Source: Emiliania huxleyi CCMP1516 (Eukaryota). From it: DNA of 53,408 nucleotides. Both the position numbers and the translations under genes were made by a program. Below the pieces are notes generated by a model, which was given only the letters and a program-made list of their open reading frames with translations, ran no database searches and was not told where the DNA came from. The DNA is taken from positions 62,001 to 115,408 of the forward strand of contig NW_005201791.1 of assembly GCF_000372725.1 (NCBI RefSeq), written 5' to 3'. Below, in pieces: positions 1 through 11,218 of this stretch (its first letter is position 1; each line of letters starts with the position of its first letter).

Positions 1-26
1 CCGATCGCGCGCAACTGGAGGACGCG

Positions 27-734
27 GTGGGTGTCGCACGGTTGTTCGGTGCGTCGTGTGTCAGGCTGATAAGGCCTGGCTACGCGACCATCGAGGTCGA
101 CCTGAAGCACGAGAAGGCCGCGGGCGACCGCGAGTCGGTGAAGGTGGCGGAGCGCTCGTACATCGAGCGCACCGCGCCGAAGAAGAAGGAGCTCACTGAT
201 GAGCAGCTTGCGGCTCGAACCGCGTCTCGCAAGGCCAAGAAGATCCGGCAGAAGGAGCGCCGGGCGAAGGAGGCTGGCGAGCGCGCCGCGAACGAGGCCG
301 AGAACGCGGAGCGCCCGCGCGCGCAGCTGCGCGAGAACATCGAGTACGTGATGGCCGGGCTGCGGTCTGCAGCTGCGCAGGCGCGCAGCCAGGCCGGGTC
401 CAATATAGGAGTCGAATACTCGCTGCCCCCGGAGAGGGACGACGGGTATCGACGCGGCCCCAGCAAGGTGTACGCCACAGTTCCCCAGGGGACCGTGGCG
501 ACGACGGTCGCCCCGGACTGGCTCGCGAACGAGCTGGCCGGGCGCGGCAAGATTGATGCGGCATGCCGCGACCGCATGGTCATGCACCTGATGACGGCCG
601 CCGGCGCCTCGGCGCCGGCCGACGCCGTGTTCAGGTTCACGGCTGGCGAGGCAATGCAGACCGAGGACGACGACGAGGACGCCGACCGCTCCGAGGAGTA
701 TTCCGACGACGACGGGAGGGCGTCCGACTTGTAG
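27..734 (+). CDS. Hypothetical basic/coiled-coil protein, 5'-incomplete; possibly an ORF of the repeat element ending at 1075
   Basis: 235-aa ORF with GC3-rich coding-like codon usage; followed within ~350 bp by the dispersed (CCTTA)n-tailed repeat. Confidence 0.4.
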   Translation: MGVARLFGASCVRLIRPGYATIEVDLKHEKAAGDRESVKVAERSYIERTAPKKKELTDEQLAARTASRKAKKIRQKERRAKEAGERAANEAENAERPRAQLRENIEYVMAGLRSAAAQARSQAGSNIGVEYSLPPERDDGYRRGPSKVYATVPQGTVATTVAPDWLANELAGRGKIDAACRDRMVMHLMTAAGASAPADAVFRFTAGEAMQTEDDDEDADRSEEYSDDDGRASDL

Positions 735-929
735 CTGGCCTCACCCATATCTTACCCTCTGCCCCCCCCCTCCTGCTACCCCCCAGGCTAGATGGAGTAG
801 TCACAGATAGCCCCACACAGCCCCTTACCCCGGGTACTACCCCTTCACCCTCGCCTCGCTGTGTTTCTGAACACGTAGACGACCACGCTGTGGGGGTTGT
901 GTTATAGGAGTAGGAGTGGGGTGCAGGTT

Positions 930-1075
930 GCTCACCCACGGCACCGGGCCGGTGCTTGCACTTTGAATGCCGTGGGGCTCCTGCCCGTGTCCGGGCGTGG
1001 AGATGCGAGGGTCGCCCCCCCTTGCCCCACCACTTTGTGTGTGTGGAGACGTTTACCTTACCTTACCTTACCTTA
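930..1075 (+). mobile_element. SINE/LINE-like 3' end with (CCTTA)n tail, copy 1
   Basis: CTTGCACTTTGAATGCCGTGGGGCTCCTG...GTGTGTGTGGAGA.GTTTACCTTACCTTA is shared with 7505-7609, 12389-12450 and 28460-28594. Confidence 0.7.
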
Positions 1076-1939
1076 GCAGATACGAAGTCCGGCACTCGCC
1101 CCGGTCCTGCTCACAGCGCATATTTTCCTTCGAAAACAGCACAGAATACTTCAATGTTGGCCCTGCCCCGCACTTACGCAGCATAATTTTACCAATTCAG
1201 GCACATCGACGACCGCGTTACGCACGACGTATCATGTATCCGCATACGTACCCCTTCCTGGCGCCACAGCCTGGAGGCGCTGACGTACTCGGAACCCCAC
1301 CATCGCTCGCCTACCTTCCGCGTACGGCGACACCCCGAGACGCCACCTCGGCAACACCCCAACATCGGCAGGAAAGATTCACACCACGACGGCGCTATAA
1401 CGCCGCCCCACCCAGACTGGACAGGCCTGCTCTCGGAGAGGGGGGCTAGGGGGCCAAATCCACGGCCACAACCCCCTAGAGGCAATGGAGCTGAGAGAAG
1501 GCGCTCGGCTGCAAGGGTAGCAGAGCACCACTCCTACGCCCACGCCCCCACAAAGACGGCAGAAACAGTCACACGCAATTAGTACATGGCCCAGCTCGCG
1601 CCATCGCCCACACTCGAGCTTTGCAGCGCGCGGGCTCACACTCTACTATAGGCCGCCTCGACGCCCACTTCGAGTTCTACTCAGCTAAGGGCCGCACTTG
1701 ACGCTGTAAGCAGCGCGCGGCGAAGCAGTTTGGCGCTTGTGGTGAAATGTGGGAATCTAGCCCAAGGTCGGAGAGTCGTGTCATAGGAGAGGAGAGAGTG
1801 TGGAGATGTTTTGTGCGGGATCAGGCCCGAGTCCCTAGTGTCGCCGGAGCAGGTAGCTCCCTTTTTGAAAACTGAACAGTTTTTTTTAGGACAGTAGCTC
1901 AAGGCGCCCGCGCCGCACAAACACTGCACTCTGACCACC

Positions 1940-2092
1940 GCCCAGCACCGCCCCTGCCTTGCGCTGCCTTGCACCACCCTGCCCCGCCCTGCCCCTGCCC
2001 GCCCCGCACCGACCTTCCCAGCCCCGCCCTGCCCAGCACCGCCCTGCCCTACCCCGCCCCGCCCATCCCTGCCCTGCACCACCCTGCCCTGC
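1940..2092. repeat. Degenerate pentamer (CCCTG/CCCCG)n tract
   Basis: Visible tandem repeats. Confidence 0.75.
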
Positions 2093-2775
2093 TGTCTGTG
2101 ATAACATGTGGAGCGAACGCCCCGGATGCTCTACTATTAAGACAGCTTTTACCTGCGTCCAGCCAATAAGGAATCTCGTTTTACAACACCATATCTCAAT
2201 GTCTCGATACTACACGTACCTCTACAAGAAGCTATGTATCAACCTACCGAAATTGTTTCATTGCTCAACGTCCGAATCAGGACCACTATAAGTACTCCAG
2301 CAGCCATATTACCGGCGCTGCTGTTTAGGGTTTGAATACCCCTGGCCCTGACAAAGAAGGAAGCCATGTCTTCCANNNNNNNNNNNNNNNNNNNNNNNNN
2401 NNNNNNNNNNNNNNNNNNNNNNNNNNNNNNNNNNNNNNNNNNNNNNNNNNNNNNNNNNNNNNNNNNNNNNNNNNNACGCTGAATCGCATTCCGGATCCGT
2501 AAGATTCCGCATGGCCTTTCTCAAGGTGCCAAAACTCCTAAGTTTTTTGGATGACTTCTAGATAGAGATGAAGGGTGTAGTTACCTGTTAGGGGGTGGGG
2601 AAAGGGGGGAGGCAAAGCACAGCCCCCAGCGCAGGCGACGCAACGACTGCATGCACGCCTCTCCGTCCGTCGGGGGTTCCCCTCCGAATTTTCGCAGAAG
2701 AAAAATTTGCCACACGCCCTCTTTCAACACAAGGCACGGGACTGGCGCGCACTGGCACTAACAGGTAGCCGCCTA

Positions 2776-3246
2776 CAGTGGGTTGCGGGCATTAAGAAAG
2801 CGTGGCATTAAGAAACCACGCCGAGCGATTTCCGCAAAAATCTAAGAAACCACGGCGCGCCGCAGGCGCGGCTCCGAGAAAAGGCCAGACACGAGTGTGA
2901 ACAGGAGCTCCGAGCTCAAAATTTCTCTTCGCCCGCGCGGCGCGCGCACTTGGCATTTTACAAGTCCTCTGCGGTGTTTTGAGCGAGTGGATGGATGCGT
3001 GTGCGTCTTGAGTCGGTGGCAGACTGGCTGGCGGCATCGGATCCGTCCGGGACCGCAGCTCGCACCTAGGCTCGCACCCGCTCTTGGCCTCTTCCGACGA
3101 GGGGGAGGGGGCCGGCTCTGACACCTTTGACCTACCTTGGGAGCTAAGAAACCACGGCGTGGGGTGGGTGACGTGAGGGGTGTGGAAAGGCTTAGAAACG
3201 GCGGCGTGCCGCGAAATCCTGTTTTCTTAATGCCCGCAACCCACTG
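2776..3246. mobile_element. 471-bp MITE, Tc1/mariner-like (TA target)
   Basis: Perfect 24-bp TIRs CAGTGGGTTGCGGGCATTAAGAAA (2776-2799 / 3223-3246); TA on the left, CA on the right; internal TAAGAAACCACG repeats; absent from the homologous copy at 6289-6294. Confidence 0.9.
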
Positions 3247-3398
3247 CAAGCGACTCCTGCGAGGACGGCGAGGCACTTAGCTCCGTGCACTCGACCGCGC
3301 CTGTGATAGTACTAGCACGCGCCAGTTCGCACCTGTGTCGAGCCTGTCTGCTGTGAGAGAGAGTTATTTTGTTTAAATTCTCAGCACAGACCGGCGGT

Positions 3399-3527
3399 GG
3401 GTGAGTGAGTATTCTTGATACGAAACCACGACGACACACACCAGTCGACTCGCATCGGTTGCCTCCATGAACGGCGGAGCTATTCTCGCGTCCACACCAC
3501 ACCTGGCTCCAACTCCCATAGCTGGCA
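3399..3527 (-). mobile_element. Short retroposed insertion with (ACTC)n tail and 14-bp TSD
   Basis: Flanked by CACAGACCGGCGGT (3385-3398, 3528-3541); further copies at ~6445-6570 and ~23002-23137. Confidence 0.7.
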
Positions 3528-3596
3528 CACAGACCGGCGGTCGCTCAGCCCGCTACCCGGGTACCCGGTACTCGAGTTGTGCCTCGCTTGACAACT

Positions 3597-3978
3597 ATGG
3601 CTCATGTCCACCTCGTCAGCTCGTTCCTTGCCGCACCTTGGACACATGCAAGCGAGCCCATCCAATGCACGACGGCCATCGTTGGAGGTGGCTGGGCTGG
3701 CGTGTACTCGGCGTGGCGGCTCGCGGTTGACGCCGCTGTAGCCGACGCGTCTTCGGTCTGCCTGTTTGAGGCGCGTCAGGCGGTGGGTGGCCGCACGTAC
3801 TCGGTGGACGTGGACGGGCTGACCGTCGACATCGGCGCGTATCGCTTCGGCATGAGCATGCACCTGCCCGCCGACCTCATCGTCAATCATTTCAAGCTTG
3901 AAACCGTCTGCTACGAGCCCTCCTGCTCCCCGGACGCCGAGATGAACGCCACCCTCTACCGCATCGTCGACGCCGACG
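3597..3978 (+). CDS. FAD-dependent amine/amino-acid oxidase family, N-terminal part (runs into gap)
   Basis: Signal-like start; IVGGGWAGVYSAWRL Rossmann motif; FEARQAVGGR GG motif; DIGAYRF. Confidence 0.8.
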
Positions 3979-4078
3979 NNNNNNNNNNNNNNNNNNNNNN
4001 NNNNNNNNNNNNNNNNNNNNNNNNNNNNNNNNNNNNNNNNNNNNNNNNNNNNNNNNNNNNNNNNNNNNNNNNNNNNNN

Positions 4079-4964
4079 GAGGCGGCGGTGTGGGGGGCGG
4101 CGCCGACGGGCCGCACTCGGAGCAGCCGTTGCAGCCCCCCCAGGTGCACTTGTTACCCCAGTTCTGCGTCTTGTCCTCACAAAACGGCTTGCACATCGCT
4201 GGGGGCCTCGGCGGTGGTGGCGTCGGAGGCGGCGGTGTGGGGGGCGGCGCCGACGGTGGCGTCGGAGGCGGCGGTGTGGGGGGCGGCGCCGACGGTGGCG
4301 TCGGAGGCGGCGGTGTGGGCGGTGGTGGCGTCGGAGGCGGCGGTGTGGGGGGCGGCGCCGACGGTGAGGTTGGGTCGGTCGGAGGCGGCGGTGTGGGGGG
4401 CGGCGCCGACGGCAAAGGGGCCAGGCACTCGGTGCAGCCGGTGCAGCCAGTCCAGGTGCACTTGTCATCCCAGGCCTGCGTCTTGTCCTCACAAAACGGC
4501 TTGCACGCCGGCGCAGGGGCGGAGCACTCGGTGCAGCCGGTGCAGCCAGTCCAGGTGCACTTGTCAGTCCAGCCCTGCGTCTTGTCCTCACAAAACGGCT
4601 TGCACACCGGCGCAGGGGCGGAGCACTCGGTGCAGCCGGTGCAGCCAGTCCAGGTGCACTTGTCAGTCCAGCCCTGCGTCTTGTCCTCACAAAACGGCTT
4701 GCACACCGGCTCAGGGACGATGCACTCGGTGCAGCCGGTGCAGCCAGTCCAGGTGCACTTGTCATCCCAGGCCTGCGTCTTGTCCTCACAAAACGGCTTG
4801 CACACCGGCGCAGGGGCGGAGCACTCGGTGCAGCTGTAGCAGCCACCCCAGTCGCACTTTTTATCCCAGCCCTGCGTCTTGTCCCCACAATACGGGTTGC
4901 ACGTCGCGTGTACGCCGACGGCGAGCGCCAGCGACATCACTGCACGAACCTGCGAAGTGTGCAT
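4079..4964 (-). CDS. Secreted Cys-rich repeat protein with Pro-rich linker (3' end in gap)
   Basis: Signal-like N-terminus; six C-x3-C-x10-C-x4-C-x2-C-x2-C modules, five in tandem at 99-bp period; (S/T)PPP repeats. Confidence 0.8.
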
Positions 4965-5163
4965 AGCACTCCGTCGGGGCGAGTGCCGAATCCTTGTGGA
5001 TCGGATAGCCAAAATCGGTCTAGATGCAGAATTTCACGCTGAATCGCATGGTGACCGCAAAACGCGCCAAAACGGCACGGAAGATTCCGGATCCGTAAGA
5101 TTCCGCATGGCTTTCTCAAGGTGCCAAAACTCCTAAGTTTTTTTGGATGACTTCTAGATAGAG

Positions 5164-6066
5164 GCGCACGCACCCCAGAGGCGGAGAGCGGCGCCCGCGA
5201 GGCGCGGGCCGCAGTTGTTGCTGGCGGTGTTGGACCCGCTGTGTCTGTTGACACTTCGGAATCCGCGCCGCCGGCGGAGGAGGGGAAGGGCAGCTGCCTT
5301 TGCCCGCTGCCTGTTCCTGGTTGTACCCGCGTACCGTCCACACCCGGCCACGAACCCACACCGCAGTCTCCGGACGTTGCGGCGGGGGTCGGAGTCTGGA
5401 CTCATTCTTCTTTTGCGAGGTCCCAGGAGCATGCGGTGGGCACGGCAACCGACGAGGAGGTCGAGGAGGAGGCAGCGGGGGCGGTTTCGGGCGCGGCGCG
5501 CGGCGCCGAGCCGGACGGCCCTCCCACTGCTCGCCAATCTCGCCCCTCCCACTACTCGGTTGCCCAGTGGGCGGCTATCCAGGCGGCTGAGAAGGCGGCA
5601 TGGGACGCGGCGCGCTGCCCTAGGTTTAGGGCAGCTTTGGACGCTATGCCGGAACAGGGGCCGGGATGTTGCGACGGAGGGCCGGAGCTATGGGCTGGCG
5701 CCACGACGTTGCAGGACACGGAGGGGTGGAAGGAGCTGGTGAAGGCGGGAAAGATTCTGCTCTTCGACGAGGATCGGGCGGTGGTGATGCGATATATGCT
5801 CCTGGCGGGGGGCGCGGTCGAGGGCGCGGGGGTGGGTCGCGCAGTGCCCGCTGGCGGGGCAAGCGGCGAGGGGGTCGCCGGGGGGGTTGGGATGATGGGG
5901 ATGGTCTTTTCGGCGAGCACTACGGTGCTCGCGGATTCGACTGTCCCCCCGATCGTGCCCACCTCCATGAGGACGACGGCGCCTTCTAAAGGTCCGTCGC
6001 AGGCTGTGCCTCTTTTGGTACCTGTGTCGAACCTGTGTGCTCTGCGAGAGAGTTCTTTTTGTTGAA
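5164..6066 (+). mobile_element. 903-bp insertion with 12-bp TSD, probable non-autonomous retroelement
   Basis: Flanked by TTCTAGATAGAG (5152-5163, 6067-6078), which is single-copy in the homologous segment near 2556-2567; 3' end resembles the CRE-like 3' UTR at ~15910-15983. Confidence 0.7.
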
Positions 6067-6746
6067 TTCTAGATAGAGATGAAGGGTGTAGTTACCTGTT
6101 AGTTAGGGGGTGGGGAAAGGGGGGAGGCAAAGCACAGCCCCCAGCGCAGGCGACGCAACGACTGCATGCACGCCTCTCCGTCCGTCGGGGGTTCCCCTCC
6201 GAATTTTCGCAGAAGAAAAAATTGCCACACGCCCTCTTTCAACACAAGGCACGGGACTGGCGCGCACTGGCACTAACAGGTAGCCGCCTACGTAAGCGAC
6301 TCCTGCGAGGACGGCGAGGCACTTAGCTCCGTGCACTCGACCGCGCCTGTGATAGTACTAGCACGCGCCAGTTCGCACCTGTGTCGAGCCTGTCTGCTGT
6401 GAGAGAGAGTTATTTTGTTTAAATTCTCAGCACAGACCGGCGGTGGGTGAGTGAGTATTCTTGATACGAAACCACGACGACACACACCAGTCGACTCGCA
6501 TCGGTTGCCTCCATGAACGGCGGAGCTATTCTCGCGTCCACACCACACCTGGCTCCAACTCCCATAACTCACACAGACCGGCGGTCGCTCGGCAACTATG
6601 GCTCATGTCCACCTCGTCAGCTCNNNNNNNNNNNNNNNNNNNNNNNNNNNNNNNNNNNNNNNNNNNNNNNNNNNNNNNNNNNNNNNNNNNNNNNNNNNNN
6701 NNNNNNNNNNNNNNNNNNNNNNNTCAACAGCACAAAGCACGAAACG

Positions 6747-9710
6747 ATGCCAGAGTCGGTCAAGGAGCGATTAGCTCGGATGAAGGCCGAGAAGGCTGCG
6801 GCGGCCGCCGCCGCCGCCCAAGCCGAGGAGCCTGCTCCCGCGCCGGCAGCGGAGCCTCCGGCGGCCGAGGCGAAGCCAGCGCCGGCAGTGGAACCTGCGG
6901 CGGCCGAGGCAAAGAAGGAGACTCCCAAAGAGCGGCTGGCGCGCATCAAGGCGGAGAAGGCAGCGGCGGCGGCAAAGGAGGATGCACCAGCAGCGGCCGA
7001 GCCCGCTGAAGATCCGCCGGCTCCTCCTTCAGCGGAGGAGGCTGCTGCGGGAGCCGAAGACCCCGCTCCCGCTCCGGCTCCAGAGGACACGATCGACGAG
7101 TCCAAGGCTGCCGAGCCTCCCGCCGAGCCGCCTGCGGAGGCGGCGGCGGCGGGTGAGGGCGGCCCGGCGGCGCCCGACGACGGTGCGAGCTCGGCGGCGG
7201 CGCAAAAGAAGGCGGAGATGAAGGCGCGCCGACCGCTTGGACGCGTCCCTCGGACCCCCGAGGCCTCGGCCTAACACTCCTCCGGTTGGGCGTTAGGCGC
7301 GGCTAGCTGCGATGAAGGCGGAAGGCCGCGCCGGGAAGGCCGCGACGCCAAGAAGGGGAATACGGATATTCTTGTCTCCCAACTAGCGCTCGAGAGGTCG
7401 CGTAGTCAGCCTTCAGCTGCATTCATGTATTCGTACCCCTCGCATTCACGCGGTGCTCTGACTACTCTGCACAAGACCGTACTCCCGCCCCTGACCACGT
7501 GCGCCGGGCCTTGCACTTTGATGTGTGCCGTGCCGGCTCCTGCCCGTGTCCGGGTGTGGAGATGCGAGGGGCTGCCTGGCCCCTTCCCCACCACGTTGTG
7601 CGTGTGGAGAGGCCCACGTACCCACCCGCCTAGGATGCGATGCTCGAGATCATCGGCGACGCGGTCGCGTCCGGCGGCGCAGCGGCTCTTGCCTCGGAGG
7701 TGATCGCGGCTAGAAAGAGCCAGGCGGACACGGCCTCCAGGGAGGAAGGCCCAGGCGGGGGAGACCCTGGCGATGGAGTGGCAGCAGACGACGCGTCCGA
7801 CGAGGCGGTGGCGCCTGAGGCGGCGGCAGCGCCAGCGGCGGCGGAGGCGGAGGCGGCGGCGGAGGCGGCGGAGGCGGCGGAGGCGGCGGAGGCGGCGGAG
7901 GCGGCGGTGGCGGCAGCGGCGGAGGAGGAGGAGGAGGAGGAGGAGGAGGCGGGGGCTGCTGCGGAGGCGTCGGCAGCCGATGGCGCGGCGGAAGCGGAGG
8001 GGGAGGCGGAAGCGGGGGAAATGGCGGCGGCGGCGGCGGCGGAGGAGGAGGAGGAGGAGGAGGCGGCGGCGGGGGAGGCGGCGGCGGCGGGGGAGGCGGC
8101 GGCGGCGGGGGAGGCGGCGGCGGCGGACACGGAGGCGGGCGGGCAGGGTGCGGAGGTGGAAAGCGGCGTCTCTTCTCCGGCGGCGGCGAACGCCCTCGCA
8201 GGCATGCTGGACGCGGTCGGCTCGTCCTCCGAGTCGGTGGGCTCCGCGCCAGCGTCCAACGCCTCGACGGACGCGGCGGAGGAGGACGACACGCCTAGAA
8301 GCGGACTGTCTCCCCATATCTCCCCATATCTCCCCATATCTCCCCATATCTCCCCATATCTCCCCATATCTCCCCATAGCTCCCCATAGCTCCCCATATC
8401 TCCCGCCCTAGAAGCGGAAGACGGACTCTTGCACCCCGCCTAGCGCTCGAGGGGCGCGCACTCCGCTGCATCCGACCCTCTTCCGCGGTATGCACTGTGG
8501 TCGCATCCCTCGTCTTCACACGAGCTGCTCTGAATACGCGGCGCGAGACCGCACTCCCGCCCTCACCTCGGCTCCACGACGCAGGCGGACGACGAACTCG
8601 CCGGCGTCGCGAGACGCATCAGCGCGGCTCCAAACGGGTGCATTGCCGGCCCCACCGGGGGGGAGCGCAAGGCAGAGCGGCTCGCCCGCGCGCGGCACAG
8701 CCTCCGCTCGAGTTGCGGCGACCCGGGCGACCGGGGCAGCCTACGGATGAGCCTTGGCGACCGCGCGCCGTCGCCGGCCGGCATGTCCGCGACACGTCCA
8801 TGACACGTCCGAGACATGTCCCTAGGCGACCGCGCGCCGTCGCCGGCCGGCATTGACGAGGAGGCGGAGGACGCCAGCCTGACGCCGCGAACAAAGGAGA
8901 CGCTTGTCGGCGCGGTCCGGCCGCTGCGGCAGTCGTACCACGCTGTGGAGAGCTCCCGCTCAAGCCTCGGCGACGCGCGCGAGGAGGCGGAGGGAAGCGC
9001 CGGCAGCGTCGAGGGCGAAGAGAAGGCGGTCGCAGAGGCGGCCAAGCGCAGAGCGGCTCACGACGACTAGAAGCGGAAGACGCATGCTTGTACTCCAACT
9101 GGCGCTCGAGAGGACACGGCTTCGGCTGTATTCCGTCGTGTACTGCAACCGCATCGCTTGTACTCCTGTCGCTCGTATTCACGCGGTGCTCTGATGACAC
9201 CGCACAGCACCGCACTCTCGCCCCCGAGGGTGGCGTATTCGTAGCACGTAGGACGGTGGCCGACGTTGGTATATGCACCACTAGTACTCTGCACACCGCC
9301 GTACTCCTGGCCATGTACTCCGCACGAACCGTCTTCTCGCCCCGAGGTTGGCGTATTCTGCACCTTAGGCTCACGACGCGGAGTTCGCGCTGCTGGCGCC
9401 GGTGCAGCTGCCAAAGGAGATGCTGGTGCGCAGCGAGGGGGCGGCGACGGAGCTGCACCAGACGGTGTGGGGGCGCGTCGAGGCCCCCCCGTCGCGCAAG
9501 TCTTGGTTCGGGAAGAAGCAGCACGTCGTCAAGCCGGTGCCGAACGCTAGAGGCGGTATTCTTGTACTCCAACTAGCGCTCGAGAGGACACGTGTTCAGC
9601 TGTACTCGGCCGTATTCAGCCGTATTCACTGTAGTCGCTTCCCTCGTATTCCCGCCCTGATGTTGGTGTATGCAGCACCTAGGTGCCGAACCAGAACCGC
9701 GTCTTGCGGG
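6747..9710 (+). CDS. Multi-exon Ala/Glu/Pro-rich low-complexity protein of unknown function (3' end in gap)
   Basis: ATG 6747; repeated KERLAR(M/I)KAEK motif; in-frame joins across predicted introns 8757-8825, 9056-9368 and 9537-9682; some junctions unresolved. Confidence 0.6.
9067..9368 (+). mobile_element. CTAGA(A/G)GCGG introner-like element
   Basis: Shared 5' sequence with 7348, 8408, 9547 and minus-strand ~29434; flanked by GGCTCACGACG (9055-9065, 9368-9378). Confidence 0.7.
9547..9682 (+). mobile_element. CTAGA(A/G)GCGG introner-like element
   Basis: Begins and ends with CTAG; flanked by GGTGCCGAAC (9536-9545, 9682-9691). Confidence 0.75.
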
Positions 9711-11218
9711 TGGGCGCGCGGCTGCAGGCGGACAGACAGACAGAAGAACCTCCAAACCCCCTCAGTCTCTAGACCCCCCCCTCTCATTGACCACGTCTGT
9801 GCACATTCGAAGTGGCCTTCTCTTATGGAGGGAAGAGCTAGAGCCATCATCCAGGAGGGAGCCCCCCCCCNNNNNNNNNNNNNNNNNNNNNNNNNNNNNN
9901 NNNNNNNNNNNNNNNNNNNNNNNNNNNNNNNNNNNNNNNNNNNNNNNNNNNNNNNNNNNNNNNNNNNNNNNNNNNNNNNNNNNNNNNNNNNNNNNNNNNN
10001 NNNNNNNNNNNNNNNNNNNNNNNNNNNNNNNNNNNNNNNNNNNNNNNNNNNNNNNNNNNNNNNNNNNNNNNNNNNNNNNNNNNNNNNNNNNNNNNNNNNN
10101 NNNNNNNNNNNNNNNNNNNNNNNNNNNNNNNNNNNNNNNNNNNNNNNNNNNNNNNNNNNNNNNNNNNNNNNNNNNNNNNNNNNNNNNNNNNNNNNNNNNN
10201 NNNNNNNNNNNNNNNNNNNNNNNNNNNNNNNNNNNNNNNNNNNNNNNNNNNNNNNNNNNNNNNNNNNNNNNNNNNNNNNNNNNNNNNNNNNNNNNNNNNN
10301 NNNNNNNNNNNNNNNNNNNNNNNNNNNNNNNNNNNNNNNNNNNNNNNNNNNNNNNNNNNNNNNNNNNNNNNNNNNNNNNNNNNNNNNNNNNNNNNNNNNN
10401 NNNNNNNNNNNNNNNNNNNNNNNNNNNNNNNNNNNNNNNNNNNNNNNNNNNNNNNNNNNNNNNNNNNNNNNNNNNNNNNNNNNNNNNNNNNNNNNNNNNN
10501 NNNNNNNNNNNNNNNNNNNNNNNNNNNNNNNNNNNNNNNNNNNNNNNNNNNNNNNNNNNNNNNNNNNNNNNNNCGCAAGGAGACAAGAAAGGGAGACAGA
10601 GCCCGGAGGAGCGGGAGCAAGCGGGAAAAGCCGCGAGACAACAGGGGAGAGGGAGGAGGGGGAAGAACACCCCCCCCCCCCCCCCCCGCCGCCGCCGCCG
10701 CCTTCTCCTTCACCCTCCCCCCTCCCCCTGTCCGCCCGCCCCTCGACCCCCCTCCCCTTCCAAAGAGGCGCCCGAGCGACTGACTTGGACTCGCGCGCCG
10801 ACGTGCGTCTCAGGGGCCGCTCCTCGCTCAAGTCGACGAGCTCGTGTCGCAGCTGGGCCTTACCGTGGTGCGGTCTGCATGAGAGGGCGATTACAAGGGA
10901 CGGCGAAAGAGGGAGAGGCATGAGACGTTGAGGCGCGGGGATGACTTTTTCCACAGAGGGACGGATGCAGGAGCGTGGAGACGTGTTTTTGGGGGGGGGG
11001 CGCAGCAGCGCTCGGTGCATGCTGTACACTTTGTCGGGTACTATGTAATATAATAACCCGCGCCAAGTGCCATACGATTTCGCAGTCTGACCGTTTCTGG
11101 CCTCTGGGGGCGAGGTGTACCGTGTACCGCGGCCCGCGCAGCCTCCTCAGAGGACAGAGGGTCAGAGCGGGCTCAGCCTCGGTGCCCGCCAGGGAGGGTG
11201 CAGGGAGCGCTCACGCGG

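Larger units (their letters stand above)
2476..3623. repeat. Segment homologous to 5036-6623 (uncollapsed haplotype or local duplication)
   Basis: Near-identical collinear blocks differing by insertions; both copies are bounded by N gaps. Confidence 0.85.

Noticed and set aside
1051..1075. Interstitial telomere repeat
   Set aside because: CCTTA/TAAGG is not TTAGGG-type, and it occurs as the tail of a dispersed element.
3400..3430. Hammerhead ribozyme (TGAGTGA-GTAT...ATAC-GAAAC)
   Set aside because: The core is not CUGANGA, and I could not build stems I and III with an NUH cleavage site.
7406..8411. Poly-Arg and antisense ORFs overlapping the Ala/Glu-rich exon
   Set aside because: Shadow frames of GC-rich trinucleotide repeats; the same applies to most short ORFs in the track.
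9871..10573. Long ORFs spanning N runs (also 3979-4078, 26924-27023, 38219-38904)
   Set aside because: Artefacts of translating through assembly gaps.
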